IMG/VR virus record: IMGVR_UViG_3300037470_000309
Span: 1-60,423 of that record
From: a virus
Taxonomy: Duplodnaviria; Caudoviricetes
Length of the DNA: 60,423 nucleotides
Strand: one strand, 5' to 3'
Part shown: positions 1-10,057 of the stretch, piece after piece
How positions within the stretch are numbered: position 1 is the stretch's first letter
How the letters are laid out: every line of letters starts with the position of its first letter
Program-made: the position numbers and the translations under genes
The notes under the pieces: generated by a model
What the model was told of the DNA's origin: nothing
The model's input: only the letters and a program-made list of their open reading frames with translations
Database searches by the model: none

Positions 1-1
1 G

Positions 2-868
2 AAGTTCCGGCGCCTGTCGGAGCGTGCACAGCGGGTGTGGTTTTATCTGCTGTCCTGTCCGCACGGCAACTCACTCGGCTGCTTCGTTCTCCCGACCGGA
101 TACATGATGGCCGATCTGGGATGGGATGAGGAAACGGTTTCGAAACACGTTCGCGAACTCGTCTCTAACGGTTTCATAGAGCGCGACGAACGCAGTTTTT
201 TGACCGTGATTATCGGCTGGTGGGGTCACAACACAATCGAGAACGGCAATGTCGCCAAAGGTGCTGTCAAGGCAATCAAGGCGTTGCCGCGCTGTGAACT
301 GTTATCGCGCTTTCTCAAAGACTTAAACGTGTTCCCAAACGTGTTCCCAAACGTGTTGGCAAACGAGTTACGAAACGAGTTCCCGAACGGTATACCAAAC
401 GGTATCGAAACTAAAAAGCCTGAGCCTGAGCCTGAGCCTGAGCCTAAACACTCGGTCGGCGCTGACGCGCCTGATGAGCATTTCGAGGAATTCTGGAAAG
501 CCTACCCGTCGAGGCGGGACTCACCGAACCCGAAGAAGCCGGCGCGGCAGAAATTCAACGCCGCGGTCAAGGGCGGCGTCGATCCGCAAGCCATCATCGC
601 CGCCGCGCGGTCCTACGCCGAGACCTGCCGCCGCAAGGGCACCGAGCCGCAGTACGTCGCCCAGGCGCAGACCTGGCTCAACCAGGAACGATGGAAGCAG
701 GAGCAGTCCGGCAACAGCGCGCCCCAAGACGACCTGCCGGAGTACCTGAAACCGTACCCGCCACCGCAGAACGCCTCGGATGCGGACATGCGCCAATGGC
801 TGGGCAGCCTGCCCGACGAGGTGCGCCGCAAGCACATGATCGAATCGCGGAAATGGGGGAACGCCTGA
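2..868 (+). CDS. Phage replication initiator (5'-truncated)
   Basis: Frame open from base 2 (KFRRLSERAQRVWFYLLSCPHGNSLGCF), wHTH-like N-terminus, PEPEPE linker, C-terminal FEEFWKAYP...TWLNQERW motif typical of phage replication proteins. Confidence 0.8.
   Translation, partial: KFRRLSERAQRVWFYLLSCPHGNSLGCFVLPTGYMMADLGWDEETVSKHVRELVSNGFIERDERSFLTVIIGWWGHNTIENGNVAKGAVKAIKALPRCELLSRFLKDLNVFPNVFPNVLANELRNEFPNGIPNGIETKKPEPEPEPEPKHSVGADAPDEHFEEFWKAYPSRRDSPNPKKPARQKFNAAVKGGVDPQAIIAAARSYAETCRRKGTEPQYVAQAQTWLNQERWKQEQSGNSAPQDDLPEYLKPYPPPQNASDADMRQWLGSLPDEVRRKHMIESRKWGNA
325..408 (+). repeat. Seven tandem 12-bp repeats (consensus AAACG[T/A]GTTCCC), putative origin iterons
   Basis: aaacgtgttccc x2, aaacgtgttggc, aaacgagttacg, aaacgagttccc, gaacggtatacc, aaacggtatcga, inside the initiator gene. 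Confidence 0.75.
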
Positions 869-1041
869 TGACCGACGAAGACCTGACCACCATGGCGAAC
901 ACGGCATTCGACGTTCTGAACTGGGCGCGCCGGATGGGCATGAAGCGGGACGAGCAGATCGAGCAGCTGGTCAAGGCGTTCCGGGTTGATGCCGAGGAAC
1001 GCCAGAAGGCGATCCGCGCGGCGTTCGGCGAGGCAGGGTGA
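868..1041 (+). CDS. Hypothetical protein (57 aa)
   Basis: TGATG coupling to the initiator stop; MTDEDLTTMANTAFDV... Confidence 0.6.
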   Translation: MTDEDLTTMANTAFDVLNWARRMGMKRDEQIEQLVKAFRVDAEERQKAIRAAFGEAG

Positions 1042-1229
1042 CTGACATGTCAGCGACACCAAGCGACATCCGGGAGACGACGGCCCGCTTCAACCAGCCC
1101 CGCGATCTCTACCAGGACGGCTACAACGAGGGCTGCCGGCATCTCCGGGCGTGGTGCGCGATCTCCGCCATCCTCGGGGTCTTCGGCGCCTATGTCGTGC
1201 TGGCGATCGTCGTGGCGGTGCGGGTGTGA
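1038..1229 (+). CDS. Small membrane protein
   Basis: GTGA overlap; C-terminal hydrophobic helix. Confidence 0.55.
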   Translation: MTDMSATPSDIRETTARFNQPRDLYQDGYNEGCRHLRAWCAISAILGVFGAYVVLAIVVAVRV

Positions 1230-1243
1230 GGGAGAGGGCGAAC

Positions 1244-1564
1244 ATGTGGAAGGTGTATCTGGAAGACCGGCCGTGGGACCTGCGATGCTATCTGCATTTG
1301 GTACGACAGCGTGAGGGGCATCTGGACGTGGTGAAGCCCTTCGAAATGACGACGATCCCGCACGGCGGAATGATCGTGGAGCCAAGCATGGGAGTGCTCG
1401 GCGATACCTCGCGCGAGGAGTCTGTGGCGTTCCTCCGGGCGGTCATGGATCAGGCGTGGGAGTTGGGGATCAGGCCGACAAAGTTTCAGGACCACACGAA
1501 CGAACTTAAGGCCCTCCGCGATCATCTGCAGGACATGCGCAAACTGGCGAAGGTTGCGCCCTGA
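1244..1564 (+). CDS. Hypothetical protein
   Basis: Purine-rich RBS upstream of ATG 1244; MWKVYLEDRPWD... Confidence 0.6.
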   Translation: MWKVYLEDRPWDLRCYLHLVRQREGHLDVVKPFEMTTIPHGGMIVEPSMGVLGDTSREESVAFLRAVMDQAWELGIRPTKFQDHTNELKALRDHLQDMRKLAKVAP

Positions 1565-2107
1565 ATGGCGAAGAAGCGCAAAAAGCAGAAGGAGACGCCG
1601 ATGGCAACGAACCCGATGCGGGCGATCCCCGGCGCGCTGGTGATCGACCTGCCTGGCGGACGGATAGCCGAGATCAGCGAGCGGGACTCCGACGAAACAG
1701 CCCAGGGCCAGACCGTCACCCGCACCCGCGTAGCCGATACCCTGCGGCGGATGGAGATGGCCGGGACCATCAATCCGGATCAGAAGCGGGCGGGCGACGA
1801 GTTCCGGCTGGACTTTCAGACCGCGCACCTTCACGGGATACGCCCGCGCCAGATGGAGCGCATCGACTTGGTCTGGAAGTCCGGCGAGGTCCTGTCCCGG
1901 GTCGAGCAGTGCAAGCGGCGCATCTTCCGGGATATCGAGGCGCTCGGCGGAATCGGTGCCGTCGGCTCCATCGCCATGTGGGATATCGTCGGGCGCGAAG
2001 TCAGCCTTCAGGAGTGGGCACAGTACCGCGGCTGGGGCCGGAAGGCGGCGGGCGGCATCGTCGCGGCGTCCCTCGCGGTAATTGTGCGGGTGCGAAATAT
2101 CGCTTGA
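1565..2107 (+). CDS. Putative late-gene regulator (Q-like / DUF6456-like)
   Basis: Last early gene before a promoter-like element and a terminator; C-terminal HTH-like segment VGREVSLQEWAQ. Confidence 0.5.
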   Translation: MAKKRKKQKETPMATNPMRAIPGALVIDLPGGRIAEISERDSDETAQGQTVTRTRVADTLRRMEMAGTINPDQKRAGDEFRLDFQTAHLHGIRPRQMERIDLVWKSGEVLSRVEQCKRRIFRDIEALGGIGAVGSIAMWDIVGREVSLQEWAQYRGWGRKAAGGIVAASLAVIVRVRNIA

Positions 2108-2156
2108 CGACCTGTGGTACCCCGTAATAGCGTTTCGCCCCATCAGTGAGAATTAC

Positions 2157-2188
2157 GCCCGCTCGGGATTTCCGCGGCGGGTTTTTTC
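2157..2188 (+). terminator. Intrinsic terminator (tR'-like)
   Basis: cccgc...gcggg stem followed by TTTTTT. Confidence 0.7.
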
Positions 2189-2251
2189 GTCCCCGCACCC
2201 CTGACATCCCGACCCGTCCCACCGCCACGCGCGGTGCTGTGAGGATTCCGC

Positions 2252-2551
2252 ATGGCGACCTACTCCGAACTCGACGAGCTTGGACGCTCACCGCCCCTGC
2301 GCGACAAGGTACGGGCTGCGATAGCTGTTGCCGCCAACACGATCCGGCAGGAAAGCTCGGCAAACCCCAACCATGCCGAGCGGCTGGCGTGGGCGAAGGC
2401 GGCGGTAGCGAATCTCGACGGTGAGCTTAATCGCTTCATGCCGCTGGTGCTTGCAGCCAACAAGGATCTGTCGAAGGCGCAGATTGCGGGCGCGGCGGAT
2501 TCCGGCATCCAGACGCAGGTCGATGGCGTCGTCAACTTCTTCGCGGTGTGA
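2252..2551 (+). CDS. Hypothetical protein (probable virion accessory)
   Basis: RBS GAGGA; first gene of the late operon. Confidence 0.65.
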   Translation: MATYSELDELGRSPPLRDKVRAAIAVAANTIRQESSANPNHAERLAWAKAAVANLDGELNRFMPLVLAANKDLSKAQIAGAADSGIQTQVDGVVNFFAV

Positions 2552-2554
2552 CCG

Positions 2555-3049
2555 ATGGCAAACGCCGTATATCAGAAGGCCGGGACCTCCGTAACATGGA
2601 CGGACACAACCGGCGACCTGGCGATGACGCTGAACAACCTCGCCGCGGGAGCGGGGCGGCAGGGCGCGGAAAAGGACTGGGGCGTTCTCACGACGGCGCG
2701 GCCGACGCTCTACCATTTCCGTCTGGTCGTACAGCAGGAGACAGCGGGCGTGGTCGGGGAGACGATCGAGCTTTACTGGAAGTCCGGCGATGGAACGGAT
2801 TACGACAACGACGACGGCACTACCGATCTCGCCCTGTCCGCCGAGGACAAGCTGAAGAATCTCAAGTTCCTCGGCGTAGCCCAGGTCGATGAGGCGGCGG
2901 CGGACGTGGATATATCGATCGAGGGCTATTTCCGCGACTTCAACAGCCACGGGATGCCTGTGCTGTTCAACAGGACCGCCGACAATTTGCAGGCGACGGA
3001 CAACGTGACCAAGATCGTGGTGACACCGATCTTCGACGAAATCCAGTAG
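2555..3049 (+). CDS. Hypothetical beta-rich protein (probable virion accessory)
   Basis: Tight operon spacing; beta-strand-rich composition. Confidence 0.65.
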   Translation: MANAVYQKAGTSVTWTDTTGDLAMTLNNLAAGAGRQGAEKDWGVLTTARPTLYHFRLVVQQETAGVVGETIELYWKSGDGTDYDNDDGTTDLALSAEDKLKNLKFLGVAQVDEAAADVDISIEGYFRDFNSHGMPVLFNRTADNLQATDNVTKIVVTPIFDEIQ

Positions 3050-3050
3050 C

Positions 3051-3893
3051 GTGCGCGGATCGCTGCGGCTCGAGGAGCCCCGGCTTCGGGCACCGCGCTG
3101 GCCGTTCCGGCTCAACCGGGCCAGTCCACAGGCGGTCGGGCTGGTCGGCTGGTATCCGGTCGTCCCGCTCAAGGAGAAATCGTCCAACGCGCTGACCGAT
3201 CTCAGCGGGTTCCATCGTCACATAGGGGTCTCCGGCGACGGGCTTGGCCCCGAGTACGAGCTGCAAGCCAATGTCTTCGGCGGGTATTCGATCTTCTGCC
3301 CGGATGTCACGGATGTCGGGGACCGGCTGAAAACGACCGATGCCGTGCTCAAGGATTTGCCGCTCGGGGATTTCTCGGTTGCGCTGTGGGCGCAGAGGTC
3401 GGCCTTCGCAAGCACCAGTGCAGCCATCTCGTTCTCGGGGACGGATGATTGGATCATCTACCCGTTCGACACGTCGCTCGGTAACGGCCCTCGGGTGTTC
3501 TGGCGCGATAAAGCAGCCGATCTCATCAACGTCAACGACGAGCCCTACCCGGCCGGTGTGCCGGTGCGGCTGTTGTTCACGTCGAAAGACGGCAACGATC
3601 ACCGGCTTTACGCCAATGGCCGTCTGGTTGGCACATCAACCGGCACCGGCACGGCCGGCCCGTTCACCGAGCTCGAAATCGGCCACTTCGCCGGGGGCCA
3701 GGACTTTCTCGGCACGCTGTGGGATATCCGCCTCTACAACCGCGCCCTCAGTGCTGGCGAGGCATGGGCCGATTTCGCACCGCAGACCCGCTATGACCTG
3801 TATGACGAGGTTGGTGTGTACAGCGTCGTCAAGGCGGCGGCAGTTGGGGGCGGGGGAACGATCCTGCCGTTCCTGATGCACTATACCGGATAG
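3051..3893 (+). CDS. LamG/concanavalin A-like lectin domain protein
   Basis: GLVGWYP, FSVALW, RLYANGRLV, LEIG...FLGTLWDIRLYNRALSAGE motifs. Confidence 0.85.
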   Translation: MRGSLRLEEPRLRAPRWPFRLNRASPQAVGLVGWYPVVPLKEKSSNALTDLSGFHRHIGVSGDGLGPEYELQANVFGGYSIFCPDVTDVGDRLKTTDAVLKDLPLGDFSVALWAQRSAFASTSAAISFSGTDDWIIYPFDTSLGNGPRVFWRDKAADLINVNDEPYPAGVPVRLLFTSKDGNDHRLYANGRLVGTSTGTGTAGPFTELEIGHFAGGQDFLGTLWDIRLYNRALSAGEAWADFAPQTRYDLYDEVGVYSVVKAAAVGGGGTILPFLMHYTG

Positions 3894-3897
3894 GTGG

Positions 3898-4962
3898 ATG
3901 GCTGCGCTGATTGACATCGTAAAGAAGGGTGCAGCCAACCGTTCGGTGACGCTTCGCATCATCGATTCGACGGACGGCACACCTGAGACCGGCGTGGTGT
4001 TCAACACGTCGGGGATCGATCTCTGGTATCGCCGGGAGAGCAGCGCGAAGGTGTCCATCACCGAGGCCACGCTGGCCGCGCTCACCACGGCGCATACCGA
4101 CGGTGGATTCCTGCACATTTCGGACGGTGAATACCGGCTAGACCTTCCCGACGCGGCCTTTGCGACAGGGGCCAATCACGTTGACGTTGGCGGCACGGTA
4201 ACGGGCATGGTCGTCATTGGCGGCCGGGTGCGGCTGGTCGATTACGATCCCGAGGACACGGTGCGGCTGGGGCTGACGGCTTTACCCAACGCCGCCGCAG
4301 CCGCGGCCGGGGGATTGCCGGTATCCGATGCCGGGGCGCTGGATCTGGACTCCAAGCTGGCTGCGACCAACGAGGTCACCGCCGCGCGGATGGGTGCCCT
4401 GACCGACTGGATCAACGGCGGCCGGCTGGATCTGATCCTCGACGCGCGGGCCAGCCAAGCCAGCGTCGATACGATCGACGGCATTGTCGATGACATCCTT
4501 GCTGACACCGCTGTGATCGGGGCTGCCGGGGCGGGGCTTACCGCTCTGGCAACGCAGGCCAGCGTGGACGCACTCAACGATCCCACGGCGGCAGCGATTG
4601 CGGACGCCGTTCTGGACGAGGCGACGGCAGGCCACACGACGGCCGGGACTTTGGGCAAGGCCATTATCGACATCCTCGCCGACACCAACGAGCTGCAAGG
4701 CGACGACGTGCCGGGCCTGATCGCCGCGCTCAACGACATCGCCGTGGCCGACATCCTGACCACGGCGATGACCGAGTCCTACAATGCCGACGGCTCCGCG
4801 CCGACACTGGCGCAAGCCCTGCATCTGATCATCGCCGTGCTGACCGAGATGAGCTATTCCGGCACCACCGGAACGGCAAAGAAGCTCGACGGGTCCACGA
4901 CGGCGGCGACGTTCACGCTCGACGACGGCACGAGTCCGACGAGCATAACGCGGGCCAGCTGA
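3898..4962 (+). CDS. Putative virion fibre/structural protein
   Basis: Ala/Thr/Asp-rich with PTAAAIADAVLDE and ILADT repeats typical of phage fibre-like proteins. Confidence 0.6.
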   Translation: MAALIDIVKKGAANRSVTLRIIDSTDGTPETGVVFNTSGIDLWYRRESSAKVSITEATLAALTTAHTDGGFLHISDGEYRLDLPDAAFATGANHVDVGGTVTGMVVIGGRVRLVDYDPEDTVRLGLTALPNAAAAAAGGLPVSDAGALDLDSKLAATNEVTAARMGALTDWINGGRLDLILDARASQASVDTIDGIVDDILADTAVIGAAGAGLTALATQASVDALNDPTAAAIADAVLDEATAGHTTAGTLGKAIIDILADTNELQGDDVPGLIAALNDIAVADILTTAMTESYNADGSAPTLAQALHLIIAVLTEMSYSGTTGTAKKLDGSTTAATFTLDDGTSPTSITRAS

Positions 4963-5183
4963 TGGCAATCCGGGCCGTAGTTACGAGGGGGTTCGGCAAC
5001 GGCACCTTCAGCGGCACGATCGCCGATCTCGTGCTGAGAGGCTATTCGCTCCCGGATGAACTGACGCTCACCAAATCCCACTCCCTGACCGGGATTCAGC
5101 ATGACCATGCGCTCACCGGCATCCAGAAAGACCACGCCATGACCGGGATTCAGGCGGGCTACAGCAAGACGGCCAAGCCGTGA
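4962..5183 (+). CDS. Small protein with three H-x-[LM]-TGIQ repeats
   Basis: TGATG coupling; HSLTGIQ/HALTGIQ/HAMTGIQ. Confidence 0.6.
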   Translation: MAIRAVVTRGFGNGTFSGTIADLVLRGYSLPDELTLTKSHSLTGIQHDHALTGIQKDHAMTGIQAGYSKTAKP

Positions 5184-5548
5184 GCGCCTCCGATATCCGC
5201 CGCTTCGAGCCGATGGAATACGCCGTCGGCACCGATGGCAGCATCGTCATCGCCCTGAAAGACGCGGCCGGTGACGCCCTGGGCGTGACTGGTGCCAGCG
5301 CGACATGGGTGCTGTACAGGGCGGTCCCGAGGCGCCGCCGCAAGCCGTTCACCGGCAACGCGGTGCTCACGAAGACAAGCGCCGACAGCGAGATCACGCT
5401 TACCGCCGGGCAGGCCTCCGTCGCCATCGATGCCACCGATCTGTCGGGCAAGTCGGGGATATTCTGGCAGGTGCTGAAAATCACGGACTCGGCCGATGGG
5501 GTCACCGTGCTCGGGCAGGGGACGGTCTATCTGCGGGCGGCGGCGTAG
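5180..5548 (+). CDS. BppU-N/Ig-like adaptor protein
   Basis: Beta-sandwich pattern ending QVLKITD...TVLGQGTVYL. Confidence 0.55.
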   Translation: MSASDIRRFEPMEYAVGTDGSIVIALKDAAGDALGVTGASATWVLYRAVPRRRRKPFTGNAVLTKTSADSEITLTAGQASVAIDATDLSGKSGIFWQVLKITDSADGVTVLGQGTVYLRAAA

Positions 5549-6094
5549 ATGGCGAAGAAGCCGGCGAAGAAGAAACGCTACAGCAACGGCAAGGGCGGGC
5601 CGGCGGATTACGACGGGTCCACGCCGCTGACCGACAGCCGGCGCGAAGCCTTCGTACAGAACATCATCTCGGGCCGGTATCCAACCCGGATAGATGCTTT
5701 CGCGGCGGCAGGTTATGCGCGCCAGACAGGCAACCACACCCGCGCCTACAAGGCTCCGGAAGTCCAGACAAGGCTCCGCTGGCTGCAGGCGCAGGTGCAG
5801 GCGAAGACCATCACGGCCGCCGAGGAGATCGCCAAGCGGTTCAACCGGCTGGCGGCGGAAAGCGTTCGCAAGGCGCTCGATGGACTGCAGCATATCGACG
5901 TGAAGAAGCTGAAGCCGTCGGACATCCGCTCGCTGGCGGAGGTCAGCGTGTCGGCCGCCAAGATGTACGAGCTGCTCGAGGGCCGCGCCACCGACCGCAC
6001 CGAGAACGTGACCCGCGACAAGCTGGATCGCCTGATGGACCAGATGCGCACCGAGATCGACGAGAGGCTCGCCAGTGTCCCGACCGTCCACTGA
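5549..6094 (+). CDS. terS: Terminase small subunit
   Basis: LTDSRREAFVQ...AFAAAGY HTH; directly upstream of TerL. Confidence 0.75.
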   Translation: MAKKPAKKKRYSNGKGGPADYDGSTPLTDSRREAFVQNIISGRYPTRIDAFAAAGYARQTGNHTRAYKAPEVQTRLRWLQAQVQAKTITAAEEIAKRFNRLAAESVRKALDGLQHIDVKKLKPSDIRSLAEVSVSAAKMYELLEGRATDRTENVTRDKLDRLMDQMRTEIDERLASVPTVH

Positions 6095-7628
6095 GCCCCT
6101 GCGCGAGCAGATCGACTGGTATACGGTCAAGCTCAACGCGGCGTTCGAGATCGGCGGCGAGGACGGCTATCACGAGGCTCGCGCCATGCTGGGCCGCGAG
6201 GACCTGTTCTACCTGCTGGTTTACATCCTCAATCGCAAGGACATGCTCCACCCGTGGGTATACGAGCGCGCCCGCGAGGTGCAGGCGTGGCCGGACGGCT
6301 ATCTCGATCTGTGGGCGCGGGAGCACTATAAATCGACCATCTCGACGTTCGGGCTGAACATCCAGTGCATCCTGAATAATCCAGAGATCACCATCGGGAT
6401 ATTCAGCCACACCCGTGACGTGGCCAAGGCGTTCCTGCGCCAGATCATGCAGGAGTTCGAGACCAATGACGATCTGAAGTTCCTCTATCCCGACGTGCTG
6501 TGGCGCGACCCGCGCAGCCAGGCGCCGCGCTGGTCGGAGAACAACGGCATCGTCGTCAAGCGCAAGGGCAACCCGAAGGAGGCCACCATCGAGGCATGGG
6601 GCGTGGTGGACAGCCAGCCGACCTCCAAGCATTTCGACGTGCTCGATTACGACGATCTGGTCACCCTCGATACCGTGTCGGGGCGGGAGGCGGCGACCAA
6701 GATCAGGACCTGCACCGACGCCTGGGCGACCTCTCTCAATCTCGGCCGCCGCGGCGGGGCGGTGCGCTACAAGGGGTCGAAATATCACGCCGTCGATCCC
6801 TATCAGGAAATCCTCCGCCGCGGCTCCGCCAAGGAGCGCCGCTACCCGGCGACCACGAACGGCAAGCCCGACGGCGAGCCGGTGCTGATGAGCCGCGAGG
6901 AGAACGCCAAGAAGCGCCGCGACATGGGGCCGTATGTCTATGGCTGCCAGATGCTTCTCGACCCGAAGGCGGACTCGACGATGGGCTTCAAGCGCGAGTG
7001 GCTGCGCTTCTGGAAGGGAAGCCACTACGACAGCCTCACCAAGATCATCATCGTCGATCCGGCGTCGAAGAAGAAGAAGTCGAGCGACTTCACCGCCATG
7101 TGGGTGCTCGGGCTGGGTGCCGACGGCAACTGGTATGTGATCGACCTGGTTTACGACAAGCTGAGCCTGCGCGATCGCGTCGGCAGCGTGATGACGTTGC
7201 ACCGCGAATACCGGCCTATCTTCGTCGGCTATGAGGAATACGGGCTGCAGGCCGATATCGAGGCGGTCGAGTGGGAGCAGGACCGTCAGACCTACCATTT
7301 CGACATCACTCCGCTCGGCGGCAAGCTGCACAAGGACGACCGCATCCGCCGCCTCCAGCCGCTGTTTGAGCAGCACCGCATCTATCTCCTCGAGCAGCGC
7401 ATCCGGCCTAACTGGGAATCGCAGCAGGTCGATGTGATGAAGCTGTTCGTCGAGGACGAATACGAGCACTTCCCGGTCGGCGCCCACGACGATGCGCTCG
7501 ACGCGCTCTCCCGGATCGAGGACGAGGAAGTCAAGAGCGCCGCGAAGGCGCCCAAGGACGAGGACCTGTCGAAGCTCGATCCCATGCGCGGCAACCGCGC
7601 GCGCCCGCACGGCTGGCTCGGGGCTTAA
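6075..7628 (+). CDS. terL: Terminase large subunit
   Basis: Walker A-like AREHYKST, Walker B DYDDLV, nuclease motifs VDPA, DFTA, HDDALDAL. Confidence 0.93.
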   Translation: MSRPSTEPLREQIDWYTVKLNAAFEIGGEDGYHEARAMLGREDLFYLLVYILNRKDMLHPWVYERAREVQAWPDGYLDLWAREHYKSTISTFGLNIQCILNNPEITIGIFSHTRDVAKAFLRQIMQEFETNDDLKFLYPDVLWRDPRSQAPRWSENNGIVVKRKGNPKEATIEAWGVVDSQPTSKHFDVLDYDDLVTLDTVSGREAATKIRTCTDAWATSLNLGRRGGAVRYKGSKYHAVDPYQEILRRGSAKERRYPATTNGKPDGEPVLMSREENAKKRRDMGPYVYGCQMLLDPKADSTMGFKREWLRFWKGSHYDSLTKIIIVDPASKKKKSSDFTAMWVLGLGADGNWYVIDLVYDKLSLRDRVGSVMTLHREYRPIFVGYEEYGLQADIEAVEWEQDRQTYHFDITPLGGKLHKDDRIRRLQPLFEQHRIYLLEQRIRPNWESQQVDVMKLFVEDEYEHFPVGAHDDALDALSRIEDEEVKSAAKAPKDEDLSKLDPMRGNRARPHGWLGA

Positions 7629-7630
7629 AC

Positions 7631-9769
7631 ATGGCCGAGCCGCTGAAAGGCACGCCCTTGCCCGACGAGAAGCCGGGCGGGCCCGACGCCGATTTCCTGC
7701 GGGAGGCAAGGGAGCGCTACGTCAACGGCTGGCAGTATGACCAGGACAACCGGGAAGAGGCGCAGGAGGACCTTGAGTTCGGCGCCGGCGAGCAGTGGCC
7801 GCAGGAAATCCGCAAGGAGCGCAAGGAGGACAACCGGCCGATCCTGACCTTCAACCAGATGCCGAAATTCGTGCATCAGGTGGCCGGCGACATCCGGCAG
7901 AACAAGCCCGCCATCAAGGTGCGCCCGGCCGACGACGTATCGGATGAGGAGACCGCCGATATCTTCTCCGGGCTGATCCGCCATGTCGAGGCGCGCTCGG
8001 ATGCCGGCATCGCCTACCAGACCGCGGCCGAAGGGGCAGCGTGGTGCGGCATAGGGCATTTCCGCATCGTCACGGAATATTCGACCGACGACACGTTCGA
8101 GCAGGACATCCGCATCCGGCGGATCACCGATTACGCCGCGGTCACCTGGGACCCGGAAGCCGTCGAGCCAACCCGCGAGGATGCGCGCTGGTGCTTCGTC
8201 GAGCAGTCGATGGACCGGGAAGGATTCAAGAAGAAGTATCCCAAGGCGAGCACGGCGGATTTCGACTTCACGCGCGAGCAGGAAGGCAGCGTGCCGGGCT
8301 GGCAGACCAGGGACTCCGTTCGGGTCGCCGAATACTGGACCAAGACGCCGGAGAAGCGGACGCTCGCGCTGCTGGAGGACGGGCGCACGATCGACGCCAC
8401 CGATCTCGCCGAGGTGGACCTTGCCGCCATGGAGGAGCCGCCGGTCACGGAGTCCGGCCTGCCGGTCAAGGCCGCCTATGTCGGCGAGGACAACGACATC
8501 CTGCTTGCCGTCCGCACTCGCGTCGTCTGGCGCGACAAGGTGGAGATGCGCGTCATCAACGGCGTCGAGGTGCTGGAGGGCCCGTTTCACTGGCCGGGCC
8601 GCCATATCCCGGTCATCCCGGTACTGGGCGAGGAGATCCATGTCGGGCGCCGCACCGTCCGGCACGGCGTGATCCGCTTCGCCAAGGATCCGCAGCGGGC
8701 GTACAATTTCTGGCGAACGGCGCAGACCGAGATGATCGCGCTGCAGCCCAAGGTGCCGTGGCTGGTCACCATCACCAACATCCACGGGCTGGAATCCTAC
8801 TGGCGGCAGGCCAACAACCGGAACCTGCCGTATTTGCTCTACAGGCCGGACGAGAAGAACAACGGCGCGGCGCCGTCGCGCAACGTGCCGCAGATGGGGT
8901 CTTCGGGCATGGCGCAGGAAATCCTGCTCGCCTCGGAGGACCTCAAGAGCACGACGGGCATCTACGACGCCGCCCTGGGCGCGCGGTCGAACGAGAAGTC
9001 CGGCATCGCCATTGCCCAGCGCAAGCAGGAATCCGATGTCGGCACCTTCGCCTATTCGGACAACCTCACCCGCGCCCTGAGGTATGCCGGCCGCCAGCTC
9101 GTGGACCTGATCCCCAAGGTTTACGACACCGAGCGCACCATCCGCGTGCTCAACGAGGACGAATCGACCGAGGCCGTGGTCATCAACCAGAAGGTGACGG
9201 ACCCGGAGACCGGGAAGGAAACCGCGATCCACGACATCACCATCGGGAAATACGATGTGGTCGTGTCCACCGGACCGTCCTTCACCACCAAGCGCCAGGA
9301 AGCCGCCGCCGGGATGATCGACTGGATGAAGGCCGATCCGGAAGGGGCGTCATTGATCCGCGACCTGATCGCCAAGAACCTCGACTGGCCGGGCGCCGAC
9401 GAGATGGCGGAACGGTTCCGGAAAGCCCTTCCTCCGGGACTGGTGGAACCGGAGGAGGACGAGGAGCCGGCCCCCGAGCAGCCGCCGACCCCGGAGCAGC
9501 AGGCGGCGATGATGGAGGCGCAGACCGCACAGGCCGAGCAGCAGCGCAAGGCGCTGGAGTCCGCCGCGAAGGCGGAGAAGACCGAGGCCGAGACCGAAGG
9601 GCTCCGACTCGACAACGCAAAGAAGGCGCTGGAACTGGCGCTGGCGGACGGGGTGCTCGATCCGATCGTCGATCGATTGATAGAACAGCGGCTGGCCGAG
9701 ATGTCCAACCCGCAGCCCGGGCAGCAACAGCAGCCGGCTATGGCCGGCGGACCCGGCCCGCAGCAGTAA
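7631..9769 (+). CDS. P22-like portal protein
   Basis: GEQW...RPILTFN, AKDPQRAYN, GKYDVVVSTGPSFTTKRQEA, C-terminal coiled barrel. Confidence 0.93.
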   Translation: MAEPLKGTPLPDEKPGGPDADFLREARERYVNGWQYDQDNREEAQEDLEFGAGEQWPQEIRKERKEDNRPILTFNQMPKFVHQVAGDIRQNKPAIKVRPADDVSDEETADIFSGLIRHVEARSDAGIAYQTAAEGAAWCGIGHFRIVTEYSTDDTFEQDIRIRRITDYAAVTWDPEAVEPTREDARWCFVEQSMDREGFKKKYPKASTADFDFTREQEGSVPGWQTRDSVRVAEYWTKTPEKRTLALLEDGRTIDATDLAEVDLAAMEEPPVTESGLPVKAAYVGEDNDILLAVRTRVVWRDKVEMRVINGVEVLEGPFHWPGRHIPVIPVLGEEIHVGRRTVRHGVIRFAKDPQRAYNFWRTAQTEMIALQPKVPWLVTITNIHGLESYWRQANNRNLPYLLYRPDEKNNGAAPSRNVPQMGSSGMAQEILLASEDLKSTTGIYDAALGARSNEKSGIAIAQRKQESDVGTFAYSDNLTRALRYAGRQLVDLIPKVYDTERTIRVLNEDESTEAVVINQKVTDPETGKETAIHDITIGKYDVVVSTGPSFTTKRQEAAAGMIDWMKADPEGASLIRDLIAKNLDWPGADEMAERFRKALPPGLVEPEEDEEPAPEQPPTPEQQAAMMEAQTAQAEQQRKALESAAKAEKTEAETEGLRLDNAKKALELALADGVLDPIVDRLIEQRLAEMSNPQPGQQQQPAMAGGPGPQQ

Positions 9770-9779
9770 GGAGATGGAG

Positions 9780-9950
9780 ATGGCGTCATACCCCGGCGGC
9801 CCGACCAAGGCCGAGATGGACCGCTACAAGGCGGAGGAGGATTTGCGCACGCTGGCCGAGGCGGCGCGCATCCGGAAGGACAAGGGCCGGCTGGCAGCCG
9901 CGCGGAAATGCGCCAAGGACAAGATGGCGGCGGTGGAGGCGAAGGCGTGA
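9780..9950 (+). CDS. Small phage protein (56 aa)
   Basis: RBS AAGGAG; AEEDLRTLAEAARIRKDKGRL. Confidence 0.65.
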   Translation: MASYPGGPTKAEMDRYKAEEDLRTLAEAARIRKDKGRLAAARKCAKDKMAAVEAKA

Positions 9951-10057
9951 CGGCTCTTGCCGTGATCGCCGGCATTCTGGCGCTCGGCTATGCCGGGCTC
10001 GTGCTCGCGTTCTGGCTGACGGGGCGGAGAGACCACATGGAACGCCGCGCCACCTGA
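9947..10057 (+). CDS. Small membrane peptide (36 aa)
   Basis: GTGA overlap; single hydrophobic helix. Confidence 0.4.
   Translation: MTALAVIAGILALGYAGLVLAFWLTGRRDHMERRAT

Noticed and set aside
325-445. CRISPR array
   Set aside because: Short tandem repeats without spacers, inside a CDS; no cas genes
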